Positions 12,700 to 24,842 of a stretch of 64,000 bases of DNA are shown here, piece after piece (within the stretch, counting starts at the first letter, position 1; the number at the start of each line of letters is the position of its first letter). Origin of the DNA: Octopus sinensis (Eukaryota); contig NC_043009.1 of NCBI RefSeq assembly GCF_006345805.1, positions 69,254,001-69,318,000 on the forward strand. The letters are read 5' to 3'. A program made the translations under genes and the position numbers. The notes beneath the pieces were generated by a model that made no database searches, was not told the DNA's origin, and saw only the letters and a list, made by a program, of their open reading frames with translations.

Positions 12700-12890
12700 G
12701 GGAACTAATGAATAATTGTTTCTGATTTGACAGAGGTCAGCAGGTCTGGGAGGAGTGGCTTAGCCAACACCTCCATCTACAATACCTACAGGTACAATAT
12801 TTTACCAACCCTTGATGGATGAAAGACAAAGTTGACCTTAGTGGAATTTGAACTCAGAAAGAGCCTAGAAAAATACTGCAAAATATTTCT
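12700..12890 (-). mobile_element. Old SINE fragment with Meta-like core
   Basis: TTCTGAGTTCAAATTCCACTAAGGTCAACTTTGTCTTTCATCC matches the SINE at 28007-28190. Confidence 0.6.
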
Positions 12891-14434
12891 TCTGATTCTA
12901 CCAGTCTATAATGGAGCTAATAAATAATGACAGTGTTTCTAAACAGAGAATTATGCTACTGTCCACCATTTTGTAGCTTAACATGTGTAGGGTTACACAA
13001 TCTGAAAGTATAGCTGTGGTCGGTTCGTATGAAAACGTCATCCAAACAAACAATACCTCAGAACAGTATGTTTGTTTTATTGTGTGAGGAGAGTCATTCT
13101 CTTTTTGTTTGTGCACGTGTGTGTGTATGCACATACCCGTATGTATGTGTGTATGCCTGTATGTCTATATTACCCATGTACCCAATATATATATACATAT
13201 ACACACATATATATATATTGGGTACATGGGTAATATAGACATACAGGCACACATATATATATATACATATACATACATATATATATATATATATATACAT
13301 ATATATACGAGCAAAAGGCCCCCTGTCCAATGGACAGTGCTGAGTTGTCAAACATTTCTCTTCCTAGATCATTTGTTTCTTTTTCTTAGAAGCTCTCTGG
13401 AGAGGGACTAATGTAGTGACTTCATTTGGCCATAGAGTAGATTCGAACCGGAATTGGCAAATTTCCCCTATCACTTCAACAGCATTTTTCTCAGAGAAAA
13501 ATGGAAATTGACAAGTGTTACATTCTACACATGATTTTACCAAGTCAATTGATGTGTTTTCCATTTGACTTTTAATCTTTTGTATGCCATGATCAGTTGA
13601 AATGAGAATCGACCTACCTTAATTTATCCATTGTCTCTATTATATATCCATCTTTCCAGCTAGTCTGCATCGTCATAAATACTAGAATTCCATAAGGAAG
13701 AGTGAGTTGGTGAGAAGAGACGACCAAAGACAGATCAGAGGATGAGGGGAAAACAATCGGCTTCTATGATACATACAACTTCCCTCTCCTCTCTCTCTCT
13801 TTCACAAACTCACATTCCCTTGTCTACAACATTGCTCTGTCTTTATCTTTTCCCTACTACTACAATGGCAAGAACACGTACACACTTGTATAAGGAAAAA
13901 TTAATTTTCTTTACTTCGCATGCTTTCCAACTTAGATTATACATGCTTGTCTTCCTCTTCTTCGACACCAACTCCATTACATTTTGGTAACAACATCACT
14001 ACAACTTGGTTTCCCAATGTAAAGATACAGCAACCGTTAAAATTGGTGACTCCGACATCTAACTCCGTTACAAATGGTGACCCCTGATTCTAACACTTAC
14101 TGTTACATATATATTCTTTTCATTTTGTTGTTGCTCTGTGCCATGTTTCATCTTTCTAGAAAATTCCCTTGGAAAGTTTATGACCAACTTCATTAATTAG
14201 TAAAGCTTTATTTTTTTTTTTATTCTTTATTTTGGCCTGATTTCAGTTTTCTTAAAACAACTTCTTCAGATCGATTTTTAAATACTAGGTACTGAAATTT
14301 GTGTACCATTAGAAAAATAAAGGAGGGCATTGCCACCCAGCACCTCTTTTTGGCCACGTCATTATTCTTCAATATCCTGCTGGGTCTTTCCACTGCTCCC
14401 AGAGGGGTGGAGATCTCCTTGTTGTCTGGCTAGA

Positions 14435-15040
14435 AAATGTGCAACTTTCATCATACATTGATCAAGTCATTAAATTCTAAGGATTATTTATTGCTGAGAT
14501 CTGTGCCACTCTTGGGTATTCCAAATAAAAAATGAGAGAATGGTTTAAGAGTAAACCAGTTCTATTTAGACTTCAAATTGTTAAGAATAATCACAAAGAT
14601 TGATGCAGTCAGAACTTTGGAATTTGAGATCTACACTTGAAATGACAAAATGCTAAAGATTAAGTGGTCCTACACATCAGCATTGGCATCATCCTCATTT
14701 CACATCTATTTTCCCTGCTGGCATGCATCGGACATCACCAGATATAAAAACATTGACGATGTTGCTTCAAAGATTACTCCACCAAATTTGCTTTTATGAA
14801 AACTCTAAGACCACAGTGACACTTGCAAATGAACATTAAATTTCAGTATACAGTCAAGAAGGAACCACACCATAAATCAAATTCTAGATGTCACCAACAA
14901 CAGAATTAGTCCATTGATGGAATAATTATAAAAAAATTAATCAAAACTCTATTTAAGAATACCTTGAAGAACGCACATAACATAAAGACTGAATATGCAA
15001 TCCAGACATATAGCCATAAGATATATGCATATCCTATAAT
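14435..15040 (-). other. Conserved ZNF 3' flank block (paralog 2 copy)
   Basis: Homologous to ~7100-7380, 33645-34206 and, inverted, ~54820-55280. Confidence 0.8.
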
Positions 15041-15452
15041 ATCGGGTTACCAAATTCCCCTTTTCACATCTATTTTAACCTTAATTTTTTATCAATAATT
15101 TTAACTGAAGACCTGCCCAGGCTCCATGTCTGTTTTGGTTTGGTTTCTATGGTTGGATACCCTTCCTAACATCAACCACTTTACAGAGTGAGTCCCAATG
15201 TCCGTAGGTCCTTTCTCACCACTTAGTCCCACATCTTCCTAGATCTACTCCTTTCACATGTTTCTTCTACAATTAGAGATCGGTACCTCTTGATGCGACT
15301 GTCTTCATTCGTACGCATTACATGACCATACCAGTGCATTCTTCTCTTGCACACAACATCCGATGCCTTGTATAACCAGTTTTTCTCCCAAATCACTTAC
15401 ATTTGTCATATATGCACGTTGACATTACCAAAAATCAAATATCAAAAACACA

Positions 15453-15525
15453 TAGAGAACCTGAGCATTGAACCTGGTACTTCTTGCATGCTGAGTGAGT
15501 GCTCTACCATCTGAGCTAATTCCCA
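15453..15525 (-). pseudogene. tRNA-Ala(AGC) pseudogene or tRNA-derived relic
   Basis: TGGGAATTAGCTCAGATGGTAGAGCACTCACTCAGCATGCAAGAAGTACCAGGTTCAATGCTCAGGTTCTCTA; A/B boxes and AGC anticodon present, anticodon and acceptor stems broken. Confidence 0.8.
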
Positions 15526-15544
15526 CAAATGCCATGCAGTCTGC

Positions 15545-16060
15545 TGAACTACCGATAAGGATGTTAATCTAAAAGAGCTATATCAGAATATGGTGAGTGC
15601 AGGATTTCGCATCCAAGGACCTGAATAGCATTTTTCAGCAAATTAGATATTTGGGAGTAAGCAATGTTGTGTTGGAGAAATATGCCATGATGCCAGTCAG
15701 GTCGTTTTAGCTGGATTGCCTTGCTGACCCAGACCGTGTCAGGATTCAGTCCTTTTTTTCCCTCTGCATCATATCGATGTAAACACACCCCTTTTCATTG
15801 CTGGTGACAATGCAGTAAAGAAATTCCAGTCTGTGTTCATGAGCAACCTGGCAGTGAGAAAGGAGCACTGGAGTTTGCCTCTTTTGTTCACAGTACGCAT
15901 GGCATTCATGCACCAAGCCACCTTACCCATCAAGAGGCGACAGACAACAGTATCAGGAGACCATCCCATCAGCTTGGTCAATCCCCTGAGTGGATTGGCA
16001 CGGATCCTCAAGGATGAGCTCATTCAATCAATTCTCATTTGAATTAAATATGTCGGCCAG
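15545..16060 (-). mobile_element. Mariner transposase relic
   Basis: ELILEDPCQST, IVTSNEKG, IFLQHN..., LGCEILHSPYSDIALLD correspond to the mariner VTGDEKW, HDNA and HPPYSPDLAPSD motifs. Confidence 0.8.
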
Positions 16061-16755
16061 AACACAAATGGCTTTTGTGGTTGGATTTCCCCCTCTTTGA
16101 AGGCTGGAAACTATTTCTGTGAAGTTCTTTCAGTAATGGTGTCTTTCCAGTACACAGCACAAATGTCTCAAACGGCTCTGCATCAGCTTCGGAGTCTTAA
16201 TTGAATGCAAATAAAAGTAGATATTAAAAACATTTGGGGTTTTTTCTTTCTAATTAGCATTTCCTCATCATATGATGGAATACCAATTAAGATGATGGAA
16301 CTGGCATTCCCTCATCATCTGAAATGAGATAGAATTTTGTTCAAACTTGGAAAATAATAAACGAAAATTGTACAGGAAGAAAAGAGCTACAAATAAACAA
16401 GAAAACATTATGATAAGAATATTTTTCATGTTAATTGAAAGGATACGGGAAAGAAAGGAACAAATTTATTCATCAGCTTAATAGTATAAGGAAATACTGT
16501 ACTTTATTTGTTTCTTTTCCTTATTATTTAGGGCCACAATTGTTTATCAATGCAAACAATTAAGAGATTTTTTAGTCTCCCACCTCTCAGAATGAAGTTC
16601 TTTCTCTCATGTAAAAATACAGACATGAATAGCTAAATTATCAGATGGCGAGAAGGATTTAGCACAGATATTACAGTAATATGATTTTTCCCCATATGAA
16701 AACATTTATGCTTAGTTAATAGCTTACTGTATGAGAACGATTTACTACAGATAAA

Positions 16756-18051
16756 TCAATGATACGGCTTCTCTCCTGTATGAATACGTTTATGAACAGT
16801 TACAGTAGCACTTTGGGAAAAAGATTTACCACAGATATCACAATGATATGGCTTTTCTCTGGTATGAACACGTTTGTGAACAGTTACAGCATTATGCTGA
16901 GAGAATGCTTTGCCACAGATATCACAATGATACGGTTTTTCTCCTGTATGAATGCGTAGATGGCTTACCAAGGAATTACGTATAGTAAACGATTTACCAC
17001 AGATATCACAGTGATATGGCTTTTCTCCTGTATGAATGCGTTTGTGATCAGTCAACGAATGATTTGTGGACAATGCTTTTCCGCATGTATCACAATGATA
17101 TAATTTTTCTCCAGTATGAATACGTATGTGATCAGCCAGGGTTTTACTTTGAGCAAATGATTTACCACAGACATCACAATGATACGGTTTTTCACCAGTA
17201 TGAATAGTTTTATGTCTCCTTAAATCATTACTACGAATAAATGCTTTATTACAGACATCACAATGAAAGGGTTTTTCTCCGGTGTGAATACGTTTGTGAC
17301 CAATAAAGGAAATATTGTGTAAGAATGCTTTACCACAAATATCACAATGAAATCGTTTTTCTCCATTATGAATGCGTTTGTGTCCAGCTAAGTTAGTACT
17401 TCGAGAAAACGATTTACCACAGATATCACAATGAAATGGTTTTTCTCCAGTATGAGTACGTTTATGTCCAGTCAAGGCACTATTTTGAAGGAATGATCTA
17501 CCACAGATATCACACTGATATGGTTTTTCTCCTGTATGAATATATTTGTGAGCAGTTAACTCATCGTTTCGAGAGAATGATTTGTCACAGATATCACAGT
17601 GATAGGGCTTTTCTCCTGTATGAATACGCTTGTGTTTAATTAACTGATTGCTTTGATTAAATGATTTGCCACAGATATCACAATGATATGGTTTTTCTCC
17701 TGTATGAATGCGTTTGTGATCAGTTAGGTTCGTACTATTGGGGAATGATTTACTGCACATATCACACTGATACGGTTTCTCTCCTGTGTGAATACGTTTG
17801 TGTATAGTTAAAACATCATTACGAGTGAAGGATCTGCCACAGATATCACACTGATATGGTTTCTCTCCCGTATGAACACGTTTATGAATTGTTAAGTCAC
17901 TATTTCGATAGAATGATTTCCCACAGATCTCACAGTGATATGGTTTCTCCCCTGTATGAAGACGTATATGAATAGTTAGATAATATTTTGAAGCAAACGA
18001 CTTTTTACAGATATCACATTCATATGAAGGCTTTGCTAAGTTTTCCGCCAT
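16756..18051 (-). CDS. C2H2 zinc-finger protein, paralog 2 (15 fingers; alternative in-frame ATG at 18072)
   Basis: 15 canonical fingers; TGA at 16756 sits at the first Cys of a 16th finger; acceptor at 18430. Confidence 0.93.
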   Translation of the reverse strand: MAENLAKPSYECDICKKSFASKYYLTIHIRLHTGEKPYHCEICGKSFYRNSDLTIHKRVHTGEKPYQCDICGRSFTRNDVLTIHKRIHTGEKPYQCDMCSKSFPNSTNLTDHKRIHTGEKPYHCDICGKSFNQSNQLIKHKRIHTGEKPYHCDICDKSFSRNDELTAHKYIHTGEKPYQCDICGRSFLQNSALTGHKRTHTGEKPFHCDICGKSFSRSTNLAGHKRIHNGEKRFHCDICGKAFLHNISFIGHKRIHTGEKPFHCDVCNKAFIRSNDLRRHKTIHTGEKPYHCDVCGKSFAQSKTLADHIRIHTGEKLYHCDTCGKALSTNHSLTDHKRIHTGEKPYHCDICGKSFTIRNSLVSHLRIHTGEKPYHCDICGKAFSQHNAVTVHKRVHTREKPYHCDICGKSFSQSATVTVHKRIHTGEKPYH

Positions 18052-18509
18052 CTCTTCTGGAAAACAAGTCATTTAACTCATTAAACAATAACTTTTCTTC
18101 TCACACGATAATATATATATGTCTCTCGTTTTCCTTTCTAACAAATATTTCTTCTGTTATGTGTCCATCAACTGTGATCTATACTGCAAAGTCCTTTATA
18201 AATTTATCTACTTACAATGCCAGATTATATTGTATTCATTGCAGACAGTGAATTATGCAAGTGTTGCAAATACTCTCACCCAGAAGAAAACTTTCTCCAT
18301 AATTCACAAGATTCATAAACAGTCATATTTGTTCTGCGTAACATTGTCCTTCAGTCATGAAAGAATGGTAAATATTGGTGATACTTCAGTTATAAAAAAA
18401 ATTCTTTTATGCCAGCTTCAGTAAGGATCCTGAAATAGTAAGAAAAACAGTATAAGATACAGAGGATAATTAAACTGCATAAATTCATCTCGTTTCTATA
18501 ACGACAAAT

Positions 18510-19640
18510 TACCTGTATTTGTTCAACTCATGGCAGTCCAACCGTTCTTTGTTGGTTGCACTACATCGATCATCAGTAGGACATCACTCTTCATTTCCTC
18601 TTCCCATGGTATCAAAATATCCTCCCCTGTCCATCCGAGACCCTCTCTCTCGAACCCGTCTCTAGCCTCACTTTTCAAGGTGAGTTTGTCTTTGCAAAAG
18701 TACTCCACTGTCCATTGTTTGCTGTCAAATCAGCCCCTTATCTTCAATCTCTTTGAAGACAACCTGTTGCCCCTAAAACCTCCTTCCTCTGCTCCATACT
18801 CACAGCATGTGAATCTCCAAACGCAACTACTCTCTTGCCAACCGATCATGTCCCTTTCCACATCAGTATTGTCCAGTATCTCATTGATTACAATCACTCG
18901 CAGCTTCATCAATGCTCCTTGTACTCGCAGCTCAATTTCACTAAAACCCTTGCATCTAACCCTAACCCTACCATCCACTACACATGTTACTTTTTCCACT
19001 CCAGCTCTCAGCCATTTTTATGGTTACCAGGTTTGTTGTTGCAACCCATATTGACCGGGGCCTGCACTTCCCTTGCACCCGTCAGCAACCCTATTACAGG
19101 CAACAAAAGGTGTGTCTCTAATAGGGTGTTGGGGGGAGTTACAGGCACAGTAGTTCCCTTTTCCCTGTCTGCAAAAGCTTGCCATGTGCCTGGGCTGGTC
19201 ATGTCCATAAGACATCACTTCAGGCTTCAGTTTCCAATACTCCGACCATGTGCAGACCCTGACACCTAAAGCTTTGTCCCTTAAAAGTCCATCTCACTAT
19301 TTGCCACCTGCCTCTTCACCCTACTGGTGTCTGCTGCCACCGTTGCTGCAATACCGCATGCAGTGTTCTGTGTCAACACTTGCACTTTATCTACTAAGTC
19401 ACCCATTGACACTATGTTAATGTCTGGCAGCTGCAGCAACCTCACTGAGATACGACCAGGGAACTCAGTCACAAAAGCCAGCTTCACAGGTAAACCCAGC
19501 TAGCTCTCTTAATCTCCTTATCTCACTCTCCCAAGTTTCCTATAGGCCTTAAAAGGATCCTTCCTTATACGCATCCTTCAATCTTCTTGACTTTCAGCTG
19601 ATCTGCTTCATCCGTTGCGAGATACAAATTCAACACACTT
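18510..19640 (-). mobile_element. Decayed LINE 5' region (CR1/L2-like ORF1)
   Basis: Fragmented ORFs with coiled-coil-like then esterase-like text (VRCKGFSEIELRVQGAL..IVINEI..TDV); weak similarity from memory. Confidence 0.45.
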
Positions 19641-19659
19641 CAAACTAGAATAAGACTAG

Positions 19660-20315
19660 TCATGTCATCTAGGTTCTGCACCTTTGCCACAAGCTTCAGT
19701 TTTTCTTTGTTTTGTTTTGGTTTTTTTACCCAGGTTACCACATTACCTCCACAGGAAAATGGTCTCCAAACGTTATTCTCATCCTGATAGTTATAGTGAG
19801 TGTTGGCAGCAGAAAGGAAGGAGAGGAAGAAAAAAAATATCCTCACTGCAGATAAAAAAACAAACCAGGATCTTTTCTGTCATTGTCAGTTTTCTATTTT
19901 TTTAAATTTTGTTCCAACCATTTTCAAATTTATTGTACGGATTTAGTGTGATATGCTAATTCTGAAAATGAAATTCATTTTGGCCATAAATTAATAAAAA
20001 GTTAATGGCTTTCAAATTTTGCATAATTTTAGCCAATTGAAAATCTAACAATTGGTACCTGTCTCCATAGTGACAAGCAAAACTAGTCTCCTTAAACTAC
20101 CACGTGTATTTTCTGGACCTTTGTACTTCATTTTCAAAAAAGTGTCTTAGACTGAGTGCACTATTGAACAGGGGTCCACATTGGAAACTACTGGTCTAAA
20201 GCACAATTTTTGCATGACCCCTGAAAAATTACAGTGGACCCCCAATTTACTATACTGCATCTGTGGATTCCTCACCCTGAAATCTTATATGGAACCCAGT
20301 TGAGAACCCTTACTC
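19660..20315. mobile_element. hAT-like relics
   Basis: RPFSCGGNVVT (dimerisation-domain-like, 19640-19846 minus ORF) and the terminus GTTGAGAACCC near 20300. Confidence 0.45.
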
Positions 20316-20329
20316 TAGTGTGTCGAGAT

Positions 20330-20760
20330 TCTGACATGGTATCATGTCTGGTCTCGCAGCACACTCCTCCGAAAACCCCCTTCTTCACGTGATAAGCGCC
20401 CTTCTTCGAGTTGTATTTATGGCTTGAGGAGACTGTTTCGTCTGTCTCAACAATCTTCTCTGGACCGCCTGTCTGATCAGGGTCGAGAAGCAAGTGTCCG
20501 CTGCACATATTTCACGAATGTAGCTGTCGTAATCAACAGCTGTACTGTGACTCATCCCCGGTTCTTCAACACAAACCGGACTGAAGTTAATTCCTTGACC
20601 CATGAGTGAAGGGAGAGAAGCAGTACAATCCAAAGAGGAAGGCTGCCACCTTCCAAGCAGGTATCTTTTCTGACAGACTCACACTCGTTGCATCCTTTTC
20701 AGGAGTACAATAAGTAAATTTTCTGGCAAAACACCATCTTGTTCATATAACGTCCTTTTA
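20330..20760 (-). mobile_element. Merlin/IS1016-like transposase relic
   Basis: EEPGMSHSTAVDYDSYIREIC and GGPEKIVETDE..HKYN..GVFGG motifs. Confidence 0.8.
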
Positions 20761-21099
20761 ATTATAATTTTCTTCTTGGGTAACTTCCTTCTTTTGAAAG
20801 TGTGAAACCGGTCCAGGAAAACAAACACTTCAAAATAATGAAAACAGTAACTGAAGTATCCGAAAAGAAGAAGAAGTAAAAAACACAGGAGAAAAATGAC
20901 AAAAATCAGGTGGTACAGGTTGACATTCAAAAACCCAGCAACCTCCCCGGACCTGAGGAGTGCTGGATTTTTTATGGTGATATATCCTGTATATATTTAA
21001 CAGAAAATTACTGCCTGTACTGTGCTTTAAAGAAAGGAAATTAAACATTAAATGAATAGCAAATGAAAATGTTCACTAACTAAATAAAATAGTTCTACA

Positions 21100-22110
21100 G
21101 AATTTTAATCCTTACTGTACCCTCGAAAAGAAGCTAAATAGTAGACGGGCTGTCAAGATCATCATCCTCTTCTTCATCACTGACAGTGACAACATCCTCA
21201 GCAACAGGAACAGCTTCAACCCGTGGAGGAAATGTTGACAGCACATCTGGTTGACTTGATTGAAGTTGATGCCGCTTCTTCCTGCTTCCTAGCTATGTTC
21301 TTGAATATATCGTGCAGTGTCTGTTGCTTCATATACTTGGATCTTTCTCTAATAAGTTTATCTTTGTCTGCTGAACGTTCTTCACCACACACCGCACGAA
21401 ACTGTAAGCCATGTCACGATTTGAAACGAAACAGCCAACCTTCTGAATATTCACACTTGTGTTGCAATCCCAGTTCTTCATGAAACACTTTGGCTGGTTC
21501 CTTTAATAAATCCCCAGAAATTTCCACACCTTCACTTACATGAAGATCAAACCAGGTTATGAGAACTTGGTCCAGTTCCAAACTTTTTCCTGCCGTCATT
21601 GACTTCCTAAGAAACATTTGCCTTTTTGATCCCCTGTCAGAAAAGAACTTTCACAGTTTGGTACTGTTAGCGAACAGTGGTCCCGGTGCGCGCATCCGCG
21701 CTAGCTAGTCGTAAGTAGTCGATCCTACAACGACTTTTTAACCCTAACCCTAATTTGTTTATAAAAATAATTTACTTATTTAAAAAAATTCTTTACTTTG
21801 CGTTTTATTTACTTTGTTCGAAAAATATTCTTTAATTTTCTTTGATATGTATTCAGCAAGTCGTTGTAGGATCGACAACTTACGACTAGCTCGTGCGGAT
21901 GCGCGCACCGGGACCACTGTAGTACCTCAGTTTTTCTTTCTGTTTTTTAATATCCTTGTTGAAGATCTGATGCCGTATGTTTCACAAATGGTTCGCACAG
22001 ACATACCGCTATTAAGTTTTTTCTTTAGCATTTCCATTTTCTCTGTGATCGACAATGCACGATGTTTACATTTTACGTCGCCCCTTTTCTTTGCTGGATC
22101 CATAATGGGA
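21100..22110 (-). mobile_element. Tigger/pogo (CENP-B-like) transposase relic, interrupted by a MITE
   Basis: MDPAKKRGDVKCKHRALSITEKMEML (psq HTH) and LDQVLITWF..EGVEISGDLLKE.AK.F..ELG..YSEGWLFRFK (CENP-B HTH); acidic tail. Confidence 0.85.
21660..21926. mobile_element. MITE with ~70-bp TIRs (GGTAC...GTACC) and internal TAACCCTAACCC
   Basis: Arms ACAGTGGTCCCGGTGCGCGCATCCGC... and ...GCGGATGCGCGCACCGGGACCACTGT; flanks CACAGTTT / (C)TCAGTTT. Confidence 0.85.
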
Positions 22111-22312
22111 CAAAACAGCAACAAATAAATGGTAAAATGAGAAGGAATGAGTGTCAAAACATAAACGGCGCCTTCAGCAAACAGTTGTGTGCCAACACGG
22201 TAAATTTGAAAATGCGCTCCGAAATTCATGCCGGAAATCTGAAGGAACCGGATTTTCGAGTGTCAACTGTACAAACGTTCAGAAAACGGGCACTTGAAGA
22301 AAAACAAAACGA

Positions 22313-22582
22313 CATTCTTTCGATATAACTCGACAAAATCAAAATATTTCACTTCAGGTATTTCCCTGGAAGCTAATGAGTTCGATTCTGTTTTCTGCTT
22401 GGAAATTTGCGGATTTTACATAGACACATGAAACAGGTAATAACAAATATGCAAGGCTTTTCTTCTTCTTTAAGTTTAAAACGAGACATTGCTGGCATAA
22501 TTTCGTTATATCTAAACTCCACAACCCATGGAAATACTTGAAGTGAAATGTTTTGATTTTGTCGAGTTATATCGAAAGAATG
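22313..22582. repeat. 53-bp inverted repeat pair (foldback/MITE-like)
   Basis: 22313-22365 is the reverse complement of 22530-22582 with 2 mismatches. Confidence 0.85.
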
Positions 22583-23041
22583 CCAAAAAAAATTTAAAAG
22601 AATTGAAAACTGAGATAGCGACAGAAGAGATCATAAATGAATAAAACAAAATCGGATTCAAAGTGAAAAATTACATCAATAAACTGAATTTGAAGACTTC
22701 ACTTAATTTTAAAATGTCAAAATCTGTGGCATCCAGAGAAGAGGTCTGCGACCCGAAAACGGCGAAAATAAGAATGCTCTAACCTGGAGACGAAACCTCG
22801 GAGACAAGACAAGCAGCTTCGGCGCACACTACACCAGCCACTGGTCAGGAATTGGCATCCCTTTGAAATTCCCTCCACGCGTCCGATCAACGTTCGAAGA
22901 CTTCTTGGAGGAGAGAGAGAGAGACGAACTCCGATGTAGCAGTTCTTCGACTCAGATGACTTTCGCTTCCGGTGATGACGTCACTTTTCGTCCGTTCCAT
23001 CCTCATCCGTCTCTTGGCTCTTGAACAGAATCTGTGCTCAG

Positions 23042-23199
23042 GGTTCGGGGTCGATAAATTAAGCCGAGGTCGACTTTGCCTTTCATCCTTTCGGGGTCAA
23101 TAAATTAAGTACCAGTTATGCACTGGGGTTGATGTAATCGACTTAATCTCTTTGTCTGTCCCCTCTATGTTTAGCCCCTTGTGGGCAATAAAGAAATAA
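23042..23199 (+). mobile_element. 5'-truncated SINE with Tx1-like 3' tail
   Basis: GCCGAGGTCGACTTTGCCTTTCATCCTTTCGGGGTC core; TSD GAATCTGTGCTCAG (23028) / GAATTTGTGCTCAG (23200). Confidence 0.88.
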
Positions 23200-23791
23200 G
23201 AATTTGTGCTCAGATCATCAAGAGCCAGAAAATATACCTCTTAGCATTCTCTCGGTACGGTAACGATGCTACCAGCCTGCATCCTGTCTGGAAACATTCC
23301 TATTAAGTTATAATAATAAATATGTAAATATTTAATTGAAAGGATATTAAATGAATACATTTCTATTTAATAATATTGGTTTCTCTAGTGATAATGAAGT
23401 ATTTATAAGCCTGTTTTTTAATTGAATTTACCCTCACATTGTTTAGTCTCTGTTTTATTAATACGAGTTTAGGCACCTAAAAGCGAATGATCATCGAGAT
23501 TAAAAACTGTTTAGCAATGCAGGATTCTATAAGATGTCGAAAATAAACGGGGGAAAAAAACGAAATTCCATTTTGTTACGGATAGCTATCCGAAAAGTCC
23601 CCCACTCCCCATTGTTACCTTTTCTAGAATTACTGTGTCTGAGACAAAGGAAATTACGATTCTGATAGAAATTTTGGTGAACTACCGTAGAATACTAAAA
23701 TGATGTAGGAAAAAATGCCCTCCCAATCTTTTGTCCTTTTTCTTTACCATGAAGAAATAATATTCCGAAACATTGCGCCGAAAATATCTTA

Positions 23792-24055
23792 GGTACTACT
23801 TGAGAACAGTGGTCCCGGTACGCGCACTCGCGCATCTGCGCTGGCTAGTCATGACTAGTCGATCCTTACTTTGTATTTTTGTGTTATTTACTTTGTGCTT
23901 TTGTGTTTTATTTACTTTGTTTAACAAAATTTAATTACTTTGTGTATAAAATTTATTTATTTTGTGTTTTATTTTGCTAGGTAGTCGTAGGATCGACTAG
24001 TCACGACTAGCTAGCGCGAGTGCGCGCACTGGGACCACTGTTCACAAATAGTACC
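23792..24055. mobile_element. Second GGTAC...GTACC MITE
   Basis: TIRs related to the 21660 copy; the paralogous site near 45035 is empty. Confidence 0.85.
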
Positions 24056-24085
24056 AATATATAGATTTAACCACTATAAATACAC

Positions 24086-24210
24086 ATTTCGGCAATCTTA
24101 TTTCTATTACCTATATATTCTCTTTGATAAATTCGATCGACACGAGAGGAAGTTCTTTGCCGGAAACGGTTATGGTAGATGCTAAACGGAAGTAACAATA
24201 TCTGGACAAA
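24086..24210 (-). promoter_or_regulatory. Putative exon 1/promoter of ZNF paralog 2
   Basis: ACTTCCGTTTAGCATCTACCATAACCGTTTCCGGCAAAGAACTTCCTCTC homologous to paralogs 3 and 4; candidate donors at 24110 and 24085. Confidence 0.6.
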
Positions 24211-24291
24211 CATTTATTATAATAAATATAGAAGGAAGTAGTATAAGTCAACAGCGTAATAGGAGAGGTTAGGAAGATAAAGGAGGAGGAT

Positions 24292-24470
24292 GAAGTCATC
24301 ATCGTTTAACGTCCGCTTTCCATGCTAGCATGGGTTGGACGATTTTGACTGAGGGCTGGCGAACCAGGCTCCAATCTTGATCTGGTAGTTTTCTACAGCT
24401 GGATGCCCTTCCTAACGCCAACCACTCCGAGAGTGTAGTGGGTGCTTTTTACGTGTCACCGGCACGGGAC
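24292..24470 (-). mobile_element. RTE 3'-end copy
   Basis: CATCATCGTTTAACGTCCGCTTTCCATGCTAGCATGGG tail. Confidence 0.85.
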
Positions 24471-24483
24471 CAGAAAATATTAT

Positions 24484-24818
24484 GGATCTTTTACTTTTGA
24501 ACGGCAGTTTTCAACACAATTTCTAGTTAACTAAACACTTTTAAACTTCGTATACTGGTAGAATGTGTCAAAATAAAACATTTTTTCTCTTGGTTTTCTT
24601 GAGAAAAATGTAATTTGTAAGTTTAACGTAGTTTAATTTTTCGAATTTTAACCAATCCTATGCCCTCTATTGAGCTAAAATCATTTGCTGCATCTAAAAC
24701 TGAGACAACATCCTGTCACTAACCCTAACCCTAAATTTTAGCCTTTTGTTTTTTTTTTTTCTTAATTGTTAAATTAATTTAATTAACTAGAAAACTGCCG
24801 TTCAAAAGGAAAAGATCC
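24484..24818. mobile_element. Merlin-type MITE (335 bp)
   Basis: Termini GGATC...GATCC, ~30-bp TIR, perfect 8-bp TSD AATATTAT (24476-24483, 24819-24826), internal TAACCCTAACCC. Confidence 0.88.
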
Positions 24819-24842
24819 AATATTATGAATAAATTAAGAGTA

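Noticed and set aside
16756-16758. In-frame TGA at a Cys position as selenocysteine
   Set aside because: Neighbouring codon also altered (GAT to TTT), downstream fingers degenerate, no SECIS recognised; a nonsense lesion is simpler
21100-22110. Domesticated CENP-B/TIGD host gene
   Set aside because: Interrupted by a MITE, contains stops and lacks the DDE domain
21741-24735. TAACCC repeats as interstitial telomere or fusion scar
   Set aside because: Only 2-3 units, lying inside TIR-bounded MITEs
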